DNA of 64,000 bases. Source: Vicugna vicugna (Eukaryota). The notes under the pieces are model-generated. The model was given only the letters and a program-made list of their open reading frames with translations. It ran no database searches and was not told where the DNA came from. This document shows positions 52,931-64,000 of the stretch, in pieces. Where the stretch lies: contig MU058844.1 of NCBI GenBank assembly GCA_013265495.1, positions 9,506,184-9,570,183 on the forward strand, read 5' to 3'. A program made the position numbers and the translations under genes. Position 1 is the stretch's first letter, and each line of letters begins with the position of its first letter.

Positions 52931-53912
52931 CTTGTTCTTGATTACGTACTTAAAGAAAGAAGACATTGATTCATATGGGAATCAAATAACACTTGATGAT
53001 CTACATGTGATTACTGGGAGGTTCATGTAAAATGCCCAAACTTTAACTCAAATGTTAGTTCCTGAGCCTCAGATACGGGAAATTCAGTGAGAGAGTCTTG
53101 GCAGTTGTGGTGCCTGAACCACACCCTTCTAAGTTTAGCCATTGGGTTTGGCCAGTTTTAATGAAGTTATAAGTGTATCATACTGAGCCATAGGCCTTCC
53201 CTCCTTGGTTTGCTCTCTTTTCTCTCATAGATACAGAATCATTAGTTGGTCATTTTATCACTGCTGATTTTACTTTGAAACGTAAATTGTATTATAGCCC
53301 TTCCGTGTCACTTAAACACTTCTCAGGAGAAGTCATGTTTCTATTCATAGATGTGCCTGTTATCACCAGCAACTATGCAAATATAGCATAACTTAGGAAT
53401 CTAACTTTGAATATGAAGCAAAGCATGAGACTTTACATCCTGGCGTTAAAGTCTACATAGGTTGCAATTATGTTTTTGATGGACCGTGAATTTAAATCTG
53501 TGCAAGGCTGGTATGTACAAGATTTGACCTCCTAGCATCATCCTGAGCTTATCACCCAGCACCTGCATCTCAACTCAAATTGTTCATTCTGAACTCATCA
53601 CTACATATACAGTAGTCAGTACATATTCAGAAATCTAGTAAAATGTGACACTGGAAAATTTGAGGATTCTAGACAGTCTCTAAATTTCTACCTCTAGAAA
53701 GCGAAAGGAGCACAATGTTGTAGTAGATTTGGTTTTATAAGGGCTCGTCTTGAAGTAGGAGTGATAAATTTGACTACAGTGGGTCCAAGAGATTATATAA
53801 GTGAATGGAGATGACCAAGTACCAATCTAGAGAGGAAGTGCCCCATCACAGTTCTAGCCAGTTATTACCATTGGGTAATCCTGACAGTATTGGCAGATAG
53901 TTCAGTATTTAA

Positions 53913-53961
53913 CCAAAACCAAAACAAACAAACAAACAAACAAACAAACAAAAACCAAAAA
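53913..53961. repeat. (CAAA)n microsatellite
   Basis: Read directly. Confidence 0.9.
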
Positions 53962-53974
53962 GCACCTTCTGGCT

Positions 53975-54710
53975 TTGAGGAGGAGATGATATATAAGTAA
54001 AATCTTAAAAGGTTAAATAGTAGTTATCTATGAAAACGTCAGAGTGAGTAGGTTGATGGAGGGTTACTCCAGGCAGAAATGATAACATGCACAAACATAT
54101 AGGAAACAGCATGATGTGTGGAGCTAGAGTAAGGCAAAGTCTGGTGGGATTGGGTTTGGAGGGATGGTCAGGGGCCATGTCATAGCTTGCCCCATAAGCC
54201 ATGAAAAGGATCTTGGACTTACATTTGAAGGTGGTAGGAAATGGCCAACATAATGTGGTCTTATTTGCAGTTGGATATAAGTTGTTCTGGTAACTGCTAG
54301 CATGTCGGAGTGGGAGTGTGTGGAAAACGTGAGAGAAAACGGGAGGTGAGGAGATAAACTTGGAAACTTTCAGGAGTTTTGGAGAGAGATGATGAAGGTT
54401 CTACCTGAGAGAAAAGAATTAGGATGGAGAGAGAGGAAGAGATTTGAAAACTGTTTTAGAGGTGGTGCTACTATTAGCAAGACCTGATGGTTGACTGGAT
54501 GTGAGAGATAGAGGAGAGGGAATTACCAAGGAAGTCTCAAGTTTCTGGATAGATCCTGCATCCTGTTGATACAGGAGAGATGATGTTTCAGGCAGGAAAG
54601 TGAGGAGCCCAGTACTCTGCAAATTGTGGTGTCTGTGGGTTATCCATGTAAAGTGTACAAAATAGAACAAGTTCATCTGATTTTGGAGAAAGGCAGAGGT
54701 TTTAGGCAGG
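53975..54710 (-). mobile_element. L2 LINE fragment
   Basis: ctccaggcagaa, ttggagagagatgatgaagg, gacctgatggttgactggatgtg and tctcaagtttctgg. Confidence 0.7.
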
Positions 54711-54825
54711 GGGTAATTTTAAGTGAATTTACTGAGCTGTAGCAAATTGACAGCACTTTAAAGAAGAAAACTTTATTAAAAGAAAAATCCTGCCATGTAC
54801 ACTTTTCAGTAAATTAATGTTTTAA

Positions 54826-55025
54826 CCAGTGTTCTTCAGCCTTAGAACAGTTGATATTTTGAACTGGATAATTCTATGTTAGAGAGGCTGTTCCGTTCAT
54901 TGTAGGGTGTTCAGCGGCATCCCTGGCCAGTCACACTCCCCACTCCAGTGGTGACCACTAAAAATGTCTCCAGACGTTGCCAGCTGTCCTCTAAGGGGTG
55001 AAATCATGCCTGGTTCAGAACCATT
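54826..55025. mobile_element. MER20 hAT-Charlie element
   Basis: ccagtgttcttcagcctt...cattgtagggtgttcagcggcatccctggcc...aaaaatgtctccagacgttgcca...ggttcagaacca. Confidence 0.85.
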
Positions 55026-56492
55026 ATCTTAAATGAGACTTGTCCAATTTCATGGAGACTGATACAAACCAAGTATTAGCTGCACCATTAAAATCTAAAT
55101 TGCATACATTTTACTCTGTATGGTGTATGTGAGTAGAATAGACTTCTACCAAATCATAGCATGCAGGGAATTCTACAGATGTGGCCAAATCTTGAAAAGA
55201 GACTTTATCCAAGGCTTGTCTCTGAATCAAGAACCTTTGAGGAGGAACCCTGCAGTTGACCCTAAATACCATAAATAACAAAGGCAAAGAGATTGACAGC
55301 TCACCATTATTGATCCTGTCTCTGCAGGCAAACAGTATGTTAAGAATATCACTTTAAAGACTTCAATTAGTCGGCCAAAAAAAGAATGATTAACCATGTG
55401 CCATGTGCTTGGCACTGGGAAAGGGACCATTTAAACACATCATAGATCATACCCGAAAGGAGCTTACTTATAATCTAATTCTCCTAGAAATAGCAGGTTA
55501 AGTTTTTCATAAATAGAGATGACTGCCATTCCTCATAATTGGTCTTAGCTTTAGCTTTGGGTGATTTGTAGAAATTCTGTTTCGATAGGTCATAAGGCCT
55601 CGCCACTTTTCTCTGCAGCCTAAGTCTAGAAGGCACAGTATGTATTCGTCTACTCAGTAAAGTCTGAAAGTGAGGTCTACAGGAAACCTGAGTTTTACTG
55701 TGGGTCTGGCGTGAGGCTGGCCGCAAGGCTGGCAGGGGGACAGCTGCTAATCATGAAATTCTCTTTTATTTTTGTGTCCATGATCTGTTTGAACTTTTAA
55801 AAGTTTATATTAAATGATCATCATTATGTTACTGTTCATGCTAACACAATGTAAAAAGCCACTTTAAATACTGCTGACCAGGCTGTACCAACTTGCAGCT
55901 AATTACCACAGGAACCCGCTGTACACACCATTTCACATGGGTCCTATTTTGTTGGATGAAACTGGCAGGAGGGAGAATGCAAAACTGTCTGATGCTAGTT
56001 ATCAGACCACACATCATTTTATGGTATCAACATTTATAGGTATGAAAATACGATTTCCTCTAGTTGCATTGAATATAATTTTGCACATTGAGTGTTCCAC
56101 AAAGAAGTCCAATTACTTTAACCTGCTTGGCCTCTAATAAATTTATTTAATTTTAAAGAAAGTCATCAAGAGTTTAATTATGTGCAATTTTTAGTGCGCA
56201 TGTTTGATTACTCTGTGAATAAAACAAGTCAAATGTAGTCATTAAAATTCTCTGATGCACTTTCAGTTACTTATAGGAATGTGGGGACTTGAGTCAAACT
56301 TTCAGCTTTAACTCTCTTGTTTGTGTTGCTGTGCCTAGATCAAACCATGATTATCTGCTCAGCTATTCCACCAAACCCCAAGTTTGAGAGATATCAAATA
56401 GGGCAATATGCGGACAAAATGTATGTAAATGCCCTGTATCTGGAGCACGTATGTGGCCAAAGAAGGTTATACAATGTTGCCTGGACATAGTC

Positions 56493-56864
56493 TTTTTTTT
56501 TTTTTGAGCACATTTATTGTGTATGGTTCCTGTACAGTAAACTACACATATTTCAGGTTACAATTTGATGAATTTTGATAGATGTGTACACCCATGAAAC
56601 CACCACAATCAAGATAGCTAACATTTCCATCACTCCCCAAGAGGTGCAAATTTTCTAATTCCCAATTTATCCCTTCCCACCTCCTTTACCCCTCAGTAAC
56701 CATAAGTTTGTTCTCTATGTCTGTGAGTCTGCTTCTGTTTTGTAGGTAAGTTCATCTGTCTCATTTTTTTAGATTCCACGTAAAAGTGATATTGTATGGT
56801 ATCTTTCTTTCTCTTTCTGGCTTACTTCACTTAGAATGACGATCTCCAGGTCTATCCATGTTGC
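56493..56864 (-). mobile_element. Young retrotransposition product: L1 3'UTR segment + older L1M-type tail + polyA, with TSD atgttgcctggacatagtc
   Basis: Perfect 19-bp direct repeat at 56474-56492 and 56858-56876; T13 tract at the left end. Confidence 0.9.
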
Positions 56865-56879
56865 CTGGACATAGTCGTA

Positions 56880-57330
56880 ATATTCATTCATTCATTCATT
56901 CAGTCTTTATTTTTATTGTGTTTATTTGGCATTATTTGGGACAGTCTGGATTCTTTGGTGAAAAAAGAAAAAGTCTTTCTTTTATAAAGTTTATATTTTA
57001 ATAAGGCAGATAACCAATAAACAAAATAAATAAATATGTAAATATAATGTTCGATGGTGGCAAGAACTAAGGAAAAAAAGAGAAATCAACACCATGGCAG
57101 GAGGACAGGGAGTGTCAGGTACAATGGGGTGGTGTGGTGCAGGGTGGAGTAGCCTCAGTGAGAAGGTGATATTGAGAAGAAGTCACGGAGGTGAGGGGAT
57201 GAGCCACATGAGTGTCTAGGGAAGAACATTTCATTTAGAGAAAAGAGTCACTGCAAAGTCCCTACGATGGAGGAGCGCTGGCATGTGGAGGAAGCAACAA
57301 GGATGCTAGAGATGAATTCAGTGATGGTAG
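56880..57330 (-). mobile_element. L2 LINE 3' fragment
   Basis: (attc)n tail, gcctcagtgagaaggtgatattgag and gtgaggggatgagcca. Confidence 0.8.
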
Positions 57331-57806
57331 CTCACAATTTTTTTTTTATTTTTGGAAGTTTTTGCTAATTTAAAAAGAATGCAACTTTTCAGAAATGTTA
57401 TCTTCTACTCAATGTAGATTCCACTACATCAGAATGGTAATTTAAAAATCCCCAAACAATAGGTTTAGAAATAAAGCAGGCAGCCCCTCAAGTATAGTAA
57501 CAAAATTGGTAATAGAAGTAACAGAAAAGGCTTCCTTTGAGAGCCTACAGGACAGGCATCTCCTTTGCACTCTGAATGCACTGGGCCATTTCATTCTCAC
57601 AGACTAATTCAGTGTAATTTATGGAGTTTGAGGAGCAATCTGGTAACTTCTCTGAACCTTAGTTTCCTCATTGCTAAGAGACGGTAACAACAGTGACCAC
57701 CTCGTTTTTCTGCTTTGGTGCTTAAGTACTATAATACAGTTCCTGACACACAGTAGGTGCTACATCATGTAGTCGTGCTGGTTGATATTAGTTCATCTTT
57801 AAGGCA

Positions 57807-58084
57807 GCAGCCACTGGTTTAAATAAGAAATAATTATGTTTTCTCAGAGAAGTGACAACACAGTTAAGTTATAAATTTATTGATGAACATTAACCAAATC
57901 ATAGATCTTACCCTAAAGGAGCTTACTTATTTTTATCTAATTCTCCTAGATGCATCAAGTTACGTTTTTCATAAATAGAGATGACTGCAGCCGTTGGTTT
58001 AAATTAAGAAGTCATTACGATTTCTCAGAGAAGTGACAACATAGTTAAGTTACAAATTTGTTGGTGAATATTAGCCAGTCCATA
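57807..58084. repeat. ~97-bp direct duplication (57807-57903 / 57987-58084) flanking a copy of 55441-55526
   Basis: ttctcagagaagtgacaaca twice; aaaggagcttacttat and tttttcataaatagagatgactgc shared with 55441-55526. Confidence 0.92.
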
Positions 58085-58094
58085 AAACTGAGAT

Positions 58095-58705
58095 ATTTAT
58101 TCATTCATTCCCTTGGCAAAATATCACTGGACCTGGCATTGTCTTAGTCACTGTGAAATAAAAAGTAAACACCGCTGATTTCATGCTTATAGACGTGAGG
58201 AGGAAATAGGCAGGGAGGATGATTATCTTTGCAACACAGGTTACTTTGTAAATAAGGATAAGCATGGGTTCCGTGGGAGATGCTAAACGGGGCATCTAGG
58301 CCAGGCATGGGATGGCCAGAGGTGGTCCCTTCTGTGAAGAAAGCTCATAGGTCAGGCGGTGTTGGGTAGGTGAGTGGAGGCAGCGAGGAAGATGAAGGAG
58401 CCGCCTTAGAGGAACAGTACTAGAGTCCAGACACTGCAGGAAATTGCCAGTTCTTCTGTGTGGACCCTGAAGAGTTGGCAAATGAGGCAGAAAAGATAAG
58501 CAGGGGCCGGGTGGTAATAAGGCACACTGGACGGAAAACTCAGGGCTCTATCTGAGCAATATGGGGGTTCAGAAGGATTTTAAGCAAGAAGGTGACATGA
58601 TCCAACTTGCATTTTAGAAGGATTACTATGATTTCAATGTAAAGAGTGGTCCAGAAGGGGCTGGAATTTGAGGCAGGGCAATCAGGGGTAGCTATAACTT
58701 CATGT
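58095..58705 (-). mobile_element. L2 LINE 3' fragment
   Basis: atttattcattcattc...gaaggattttaagcaagaaggtgacatgatccaacttgcattttagaaggattact. Confidence 0.75.
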
Positions 58706-59713
58706 TTAATGAGAGAAGAAACCGATCTCATTATGAATCTGTTATGCAAGGAAAGCTGTGTTTCTTTGTTACAACACGTTGTTCTTTAGGGAACTGGGAG
58801 GAGAGGATCAATAATAATCATACCGAAGAGGAAATATCAAACCAACCCATTTCGTTTTCAAAAGAATTTCTAGGTCGACTGACTTGTAACTTTCTGGGAT
58901 CTCACCTCCATCAAGCTCAAAATCACTGCAGGTTTTTCTTTTTTTTTTTCATCTCAGGAGCCATTAGTGAAAAACAAAAATGTGAACATGCAGTATTTCA
59001 GAATTCTTCCTCACCATTTCTCAGTCAAACATTCTGGATTTTTAGCATTCCCACTTAAACGCGAGTGATCTAGCACGCCATCTAGCTCAAATGCCAGCAC
59101 GGACAAATAAACAACCAGGAGGAGATGGAGGAAAGGGAAACTCAGGTTTCAGCAAATTAACAATACCAGGAGAAAAAGCATTCAGTCAGGGTCATTCAAA
59201 TGGAATCTCCATGCTGATCCCTTGTAATTGGGGGTTTGAAGCTTCCACAAACCACACTTCCGCACCCATAACTTCAAGGTGATGTAGCTAAAATCCCTTC
59301 CTTTCACCTAAATTACCCAGGCACTTGTAGTTATAATTTATTTTTTTCTCAGATTACTTCAAAGCTGTGCCTCAAAGCACTTTTTAAGCAACATTGTCCT
59401 TTGTCCAACCTTCTTCAATTTGTTCTAGAATGACTTTCCTTCTCACTTTCCTCATGATGATTCTGGGCTATTGTATTAAAATAAATTATGCAAGAAATAT
59501 GTGAATGCATCCTTATAAAATTTCCAAAGAATTCAGTGTGGAAAGACTGAACTCATTTTTTAAAAAGCCCCTTTAATCATTTTCCTCTTTCTTCCTCTGC
59601 CTCCATGAGGAAACATGGATAGCAGGTATTTATCCAGATGTTTTCCTTTGCCCTCAATAACACACACACACATTTATTCAACTGTTTGTTTATTTTTAGA
59701 TATAAAATGTATG

Positions 59714-59928
59714 AGACAGTGTAGAGCAGTGATTAAGAGACCAGGCTTGGAGCCAGATTTGTCATTCATCAGTGGTGCACCTGTGGAAACTTCCTGTGTT
59801 TCAGTTTCTTCATATATAAGATTAGGATGGTAACATTACATACCTCACAGGGTTGTTAAAGTAGCTATCTTGATCAATTTAAAGCACTTAGAACAGTGCC
59901 TGATAGTAAACACTCAATGAATGTTCTT
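59714..59928 (+). mobile_element. MIR SINE
   Basis: gtgattaagag...tggagccaga...tcagtttcttcat...tacctcacagggttgtt...aaagcacttagaacagtgcctg. Confidence 0.85.
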
Positions 59929-59929
59929 A

Positions 59930-60445
59930 AGTTTTTTAAATACACTAATATTTTCATATATACTTATTTCTCTATGACTTGCTTTCTAAGAACTATGTCT
60001 TGGATACCTTGTCCTCTCAGCACATAAATTTTTTAATCTGCTGTGTAGTATCCCATGGTATGTGGGTACCATAATTAATTCAACCATTCCCCTATCAATA
60101 GACATTTAGCTTATTGCCCAATTGTTTTTTGTTTTGTTTTGTTTTGTTTCTTTTTGTTAATGTGAACACAGCTTCAATAAAAAATTTTATGTACATGAAT
60201 GACTGTTTTTCTAGGGTGAATACCGATAACGTGGCAAACCAGGTTAGGAGGATATGGGCACACTTTATTAGATTCTGCCAAATCGACCTCCAATTTCTAT
60301 TTCCACATTATATGAGAATAAAAATTTCACCAAATCCTTGGTGATACATGATCAATATTTAAAATAAGTGAACAATTTTTATTCCTTTCTGGAATGAATC
60401 TGTATCTCCCTAACTAATAGTGAAGTTGAACATCTTTTATGTGAG
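59930..60445 (-). mobile_element. Ancient L1ME-like fragment
   Basis: gtaccataattaattcaaccattcccctatcaatagacatttag...gtgaagttgaacatctttt. Confidence 0.7.
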
Positions 60446-62381
60446 AACTTTATGGGAGAGAGCCAGTCATACCAAATCCTGGCAGATATGAACCAGGCAC
60501 ATACAATACAAAAAAGAACTCCAGTGTAACTCTGGGTATGAATGAGGGGGCAGGCCATTAAATCTTAAATGACCTCTTTAAAGGAAAAGTTATTCACATT
60601 GTTTTGCATGTTGAGACTGAGGCTTAGGGAATGAAAGAACTTGCCCTAAGTCATAAAGATAGTAATCTTGGGGCCCAAGCCTCAGAGCCAGTGCTCCCCA
60701 GATCAGTTAAGTAAATGTTGGTTGAATGGGTGTTGGGCACTGTGCAGGGTCCTGGGGAGAAGCGGTCAATGGAGCACAGTCCCTGCCTTCAAGGATAGTG
60801 TCGACCAGAGCTGTGTTCTTCCTGCCCTTCACTAGATTGTCAGCAAGGGGGAAAGACCAAGTGACTCAGGCTAGAATCTGGAGAAGGATTTGGACAAGAG
60901 AGATGCTAGAGGATATTTTAAAATCATAAGAAATAAGAGGGAGCAGAGGATGCGATGGGATGGTAAGTGGGGAATGACTATCAAGCAGTCTCCATGGTTC
61001 ACGGGGTATGGGTGGAGGGGAGAGTTAATCATGCCCTCCGGATGCCTAGTTTGGGTGGCTACATGGCTAGTGGTGGCTGGAACCAGAGGGGAGTGTGGAA
61101 AGACCCTATGGAGGTTAGAGTCAGTTAGAGCATTTAAAGTAAGTAGAATTTTCTTTTGTGGAAGTACCTGAAAAATCTTAGTGTAAGTAAGGCACTAGTG
61201 AAAAATCCTAGGAATTTTCCATGGTTGTGCTTTTAATTGGAGAAGACATGTATACGTAGAGCCGGAGAGATTTTGGACAGTAAACCTGAAATAGCCCTTA
61301 AATTTTCACTCCTTCTGAAGGAAGGCATCTGTAATGTTGAATCTCTGTAATTAAACTAAGCCTTGTAGCTGTTATTAATGTTTATCATTCATGGTAAAGA
61401 GCAACATAACAGTCCGTCCTGCTTTACTCTTCACAAGAAATACATTTGACACTCTGGACCCAGACAACTTCTGCCTAGATTTGTTATGTTTCTCTCTTAT
61501 GCTTTATATTAACTGGTAGAGCTTCCAGGATTTGAAAACAGATTAAATAATGAAGTGTTGAGTTGCATACTTTTAGGGACCTACTCTTGTCTGTATGGCA
61601 CCGCTTAGAAAACTGTGGTTTCTGTGAGACTACCAGAGGAAGAGACTGAGGGTTAAAAGAAATGATTCTGGTTGAGAGAATCCTGATGTTACTGCACGCA
61701 ATACAGGCTGACATCTAGGAAGCGGAGATAGGGTGACGTATGCCTTGCTTAGTGAAAGAAGATCTCCCAAAAACTTCCTAGAGGCTAAGCTTTTTATCAG
61801 GTTGCAAAATCTTTCAAAGAACCTTCCAGTGTTAGTCCTGTCCCCATCACATCATAACCCGCCTGCCACAAAAATCAGCGGGAACTGTTTGAAGAATGGG
61901 CTTTGGTGCTTGTCCTCAGGGATCTCAGCCAGTGTCCAGGTATGCAGCCCTGGTTCCTCAATGTTGAAAAGCCTTACCTGAATCTAGGTACTCCTTCTAA
62001 ACTAGCTTTGCCATTTTAAGCCAGGTTTCATCATCCTTAGGATCCTGCAGTACCAGGAGGAGATAATTCTCCATCATGCTAGGTCTGTCTTTAGAGTGTT
62101 GGCAGAATTAAAGAGTGAGCAAAAATGACTCACATGCCCTTGAACCTACTCTTCCAAACCTTTCTCTTACCTCTGATCTCTCCTTCCCTCCCCCTTCCTC
62201 ATGCTTCCCTTTGGTGTTCAACAGACCCATCCTTCTTTGATAAAATTGCTTACCCTCATGTTCACTGAAATTCAAATTCCTCAAGGGCTACTGCAAAAAC
62301 AAACGTGTATTGAAGGAATATCATGTACCAGGCACTACTACACACTCTTCAGTCTTTGCAACATTTTCCTGGGTCTTAATC

Positions 62382-62455
62382 GGTGACCAGCTGTCTAGGT
62401 TTGCCCAGGGCTGAGGCATTTTCTGGGACTTTCAGTGCTCAAACCAGGACAGTGT
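62382..62455. mobile_element. MER81-like hAT-Blackjack MITE inserted in a MIR
   Basis: ggtgaccagctgtctaggtttgcccagggctgagg...gggactttcagtgctcaaaccaggaca. Confidence 0.7.
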
Positions 62456-63054
62456 CCATCTGGGAACTGAGACACAGAGGAGAGGTCATCTTCTGAATGT
62501 CACACTCTTTAGTGGTGGTATGTTATGACTCAACCCAGATCTTCCTCATCCCAGTCCCTGGCCTTTCTGCTCTGTCATGCTGACTGTGCTAAGGGTAGGT
62601 TTGATGATTTGATTAAGGAATCACACTAGATTTTGAGATGTATCTGTATGTTTAAGTGGAGCTGGAATAGTGGTGAGTATGTGGAGGGTGGTGGTTATCC
62701 CCACCTCCATAGCCCCTCCCTTATGCCAAACAAGACCTGGAAGCAAATATTGAGAATTGGCAATTTTGATATTCCTTCTTCTGAACATTTGAAGGAGTCT
62801 CCTTGAGGATTTAGTGTTATGGAGTGTCATGGCTTGGGAGAGTGTGGGTGGGCAGAGCATGCATTTTAGAAGCACAAATCAGTGTGTATCATGACTGGAA
62901 AGACTTCCTGTCATATCAGTTTACCAGGTGAAACCTACCACTCAAAAATTAACAAACCAATTTAAAGACCTCATTCTCTAGGAATATTTTTCCACATAGC
63001 TCTGTTCTGGTTTCAGATCTCTAGCATTCACATTTGTACTCCTGAAGATGACCC

Positions 63055-63158
63055 TGTGTGTACGTGTGTGCGCGCATATGTGTATATGTGTGTGCACCTG
63101 TGTATATGTGTGTACGTATACTTACAAGTATATATGCACAGGTATACGTGTGTGTGTG
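63055..63158. repeat. Imperfect alternating purine-pyrimidine (TG/TA/CG) repeat
   Basis: Read directly; source of spurious ORF 63056..63256. Confidence 0.9.
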
Positions 63159-64000
63159 AGAATCTTTATTCTAGCAACCATCAGGAGTTTTTTCCCCTCC
63201 TTTTGGTGCCAGATCATCAAAGCTTGAGCAGAGTTACTATAAAGCATCACAACTGAGATGTCGTAGCTGTGTTTGTTTCCAGTTTTAGTCTCCAGATGTG
63301 ATTGGTCGGCTCAGATCAACCAAATGTTAGATCTGCAGTTTCCGGCACTGATTTTTTTCTGTAAAGCTTTTGCTCAGTTTAAGTTTTCTGCCCCCTGGGC
63401 CGACAGCTAGTGCTTTGCATTCTCCACTTTCATAGTTCAGAAACTTTTATTTATGTAACTACTCTCACAGGATAAAAATATGTGTAATTTTATACACTTC
63501 TTTTCCCCCATTCCTCCTTGCTGTCTTGTAGTGTTTGGCTATTTGATGATTTTCCCTCTCAAGTCTGCTCACATTATGCATGCTCCTATCAAGTGAATCT
63601 CCAGCACATTCCTCCTTTCCTTAACAAAGTGTGACACTGTGGAGGGACTGAGAGAGCAGTTTTTCATGAATAAATAATAATTCTTTGTAATTAGCATATC
63701 AACTGTATGTATGGAAATGATTCTTCTAAATTACTTGACTGTGATTATAAGCAGTTGATTTACCTAAATAGTTTTAAACCTTCTTCCAACAAACTCCATA
63801 CACTATTAATTTATTTAGTAAATACATTTTCTTTTGCTTCCTAGATAATATAAAGGAAACTTTTACCTATTCCTAAAGTAAATTGTATTTTGTTGCTGCT
63901 GTTTTTGTCCATAAGCACCTGAAGCCTTACAGTAGCAAGCTCACACAGGAAAGAGTTCAACAAAGAGCTGACATTTGTTGGACCCATTTTAAGTGCCAGG

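Noticed and set aside
54200..54300. A functional miR-617 hairpin in this species
   Set aside because: Only one arm is present, so no pre-miRNA stem can form.
57403..57419. ttctactcaatgtagat resembling a Cas12a direct-repeat stem
   Set aside because: Single copy, no spacers, mammalian intron; chance match.
2189..63256. Remaining 60-130 aa ORFs in the supplied track
   Set aside because: They fall in L1/L2/MIR/MLT/Tigger remnants or random intron sequence; none shows a recognisable protein apart from L1 ORF2 debris.
42243..64000. Next LIN7A coding exon (SVEGEHHEKAVELLK...)
   Set aside because: Not found by eye; it presumably lies beyond the window.

Overview
AT-rich, repeat-rich mammalian genomic DNA containing the middle of LIN7A (MALS-1/Veli-1) on the + strand. 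Three canonical coding exons are present (699-817, 39729-39800, 42033-42242, probably exons 2-4), encoding the L27 domain and most of the PDZ domain; the rest is intron. Repeats are ancient eutherian L2, MIR, CR1, MLT1, MER and Tigger elements plus L1 fragments. I recognised no Alu, Bov, PRE, CHR, Can or ERE SINEs, and the young L1 ends look cetartiodactyl-like, so a camelid is my inference. The strongest unexplained signal is a 75-nt, phase-matched paralogous copy of exon 3 ('3b', 39876-39950) only 75 nt downstream of exon 3. It has intact splice sites, a LIN7B/C-like peptide and one in-frame TAA, and is accompanied by a hairpin beside the 5' splice site and a cluster of three UGCAUG (RBFOX) motifs. 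It is a candidate fossil mutually exclusive exon or poison exon. Other highlights are a single-arm site matching human miR-617, two templated-insertion duplications and chimeric or inverted L1 insertions. Repeat family names and boundaries are by-eye and approximate.
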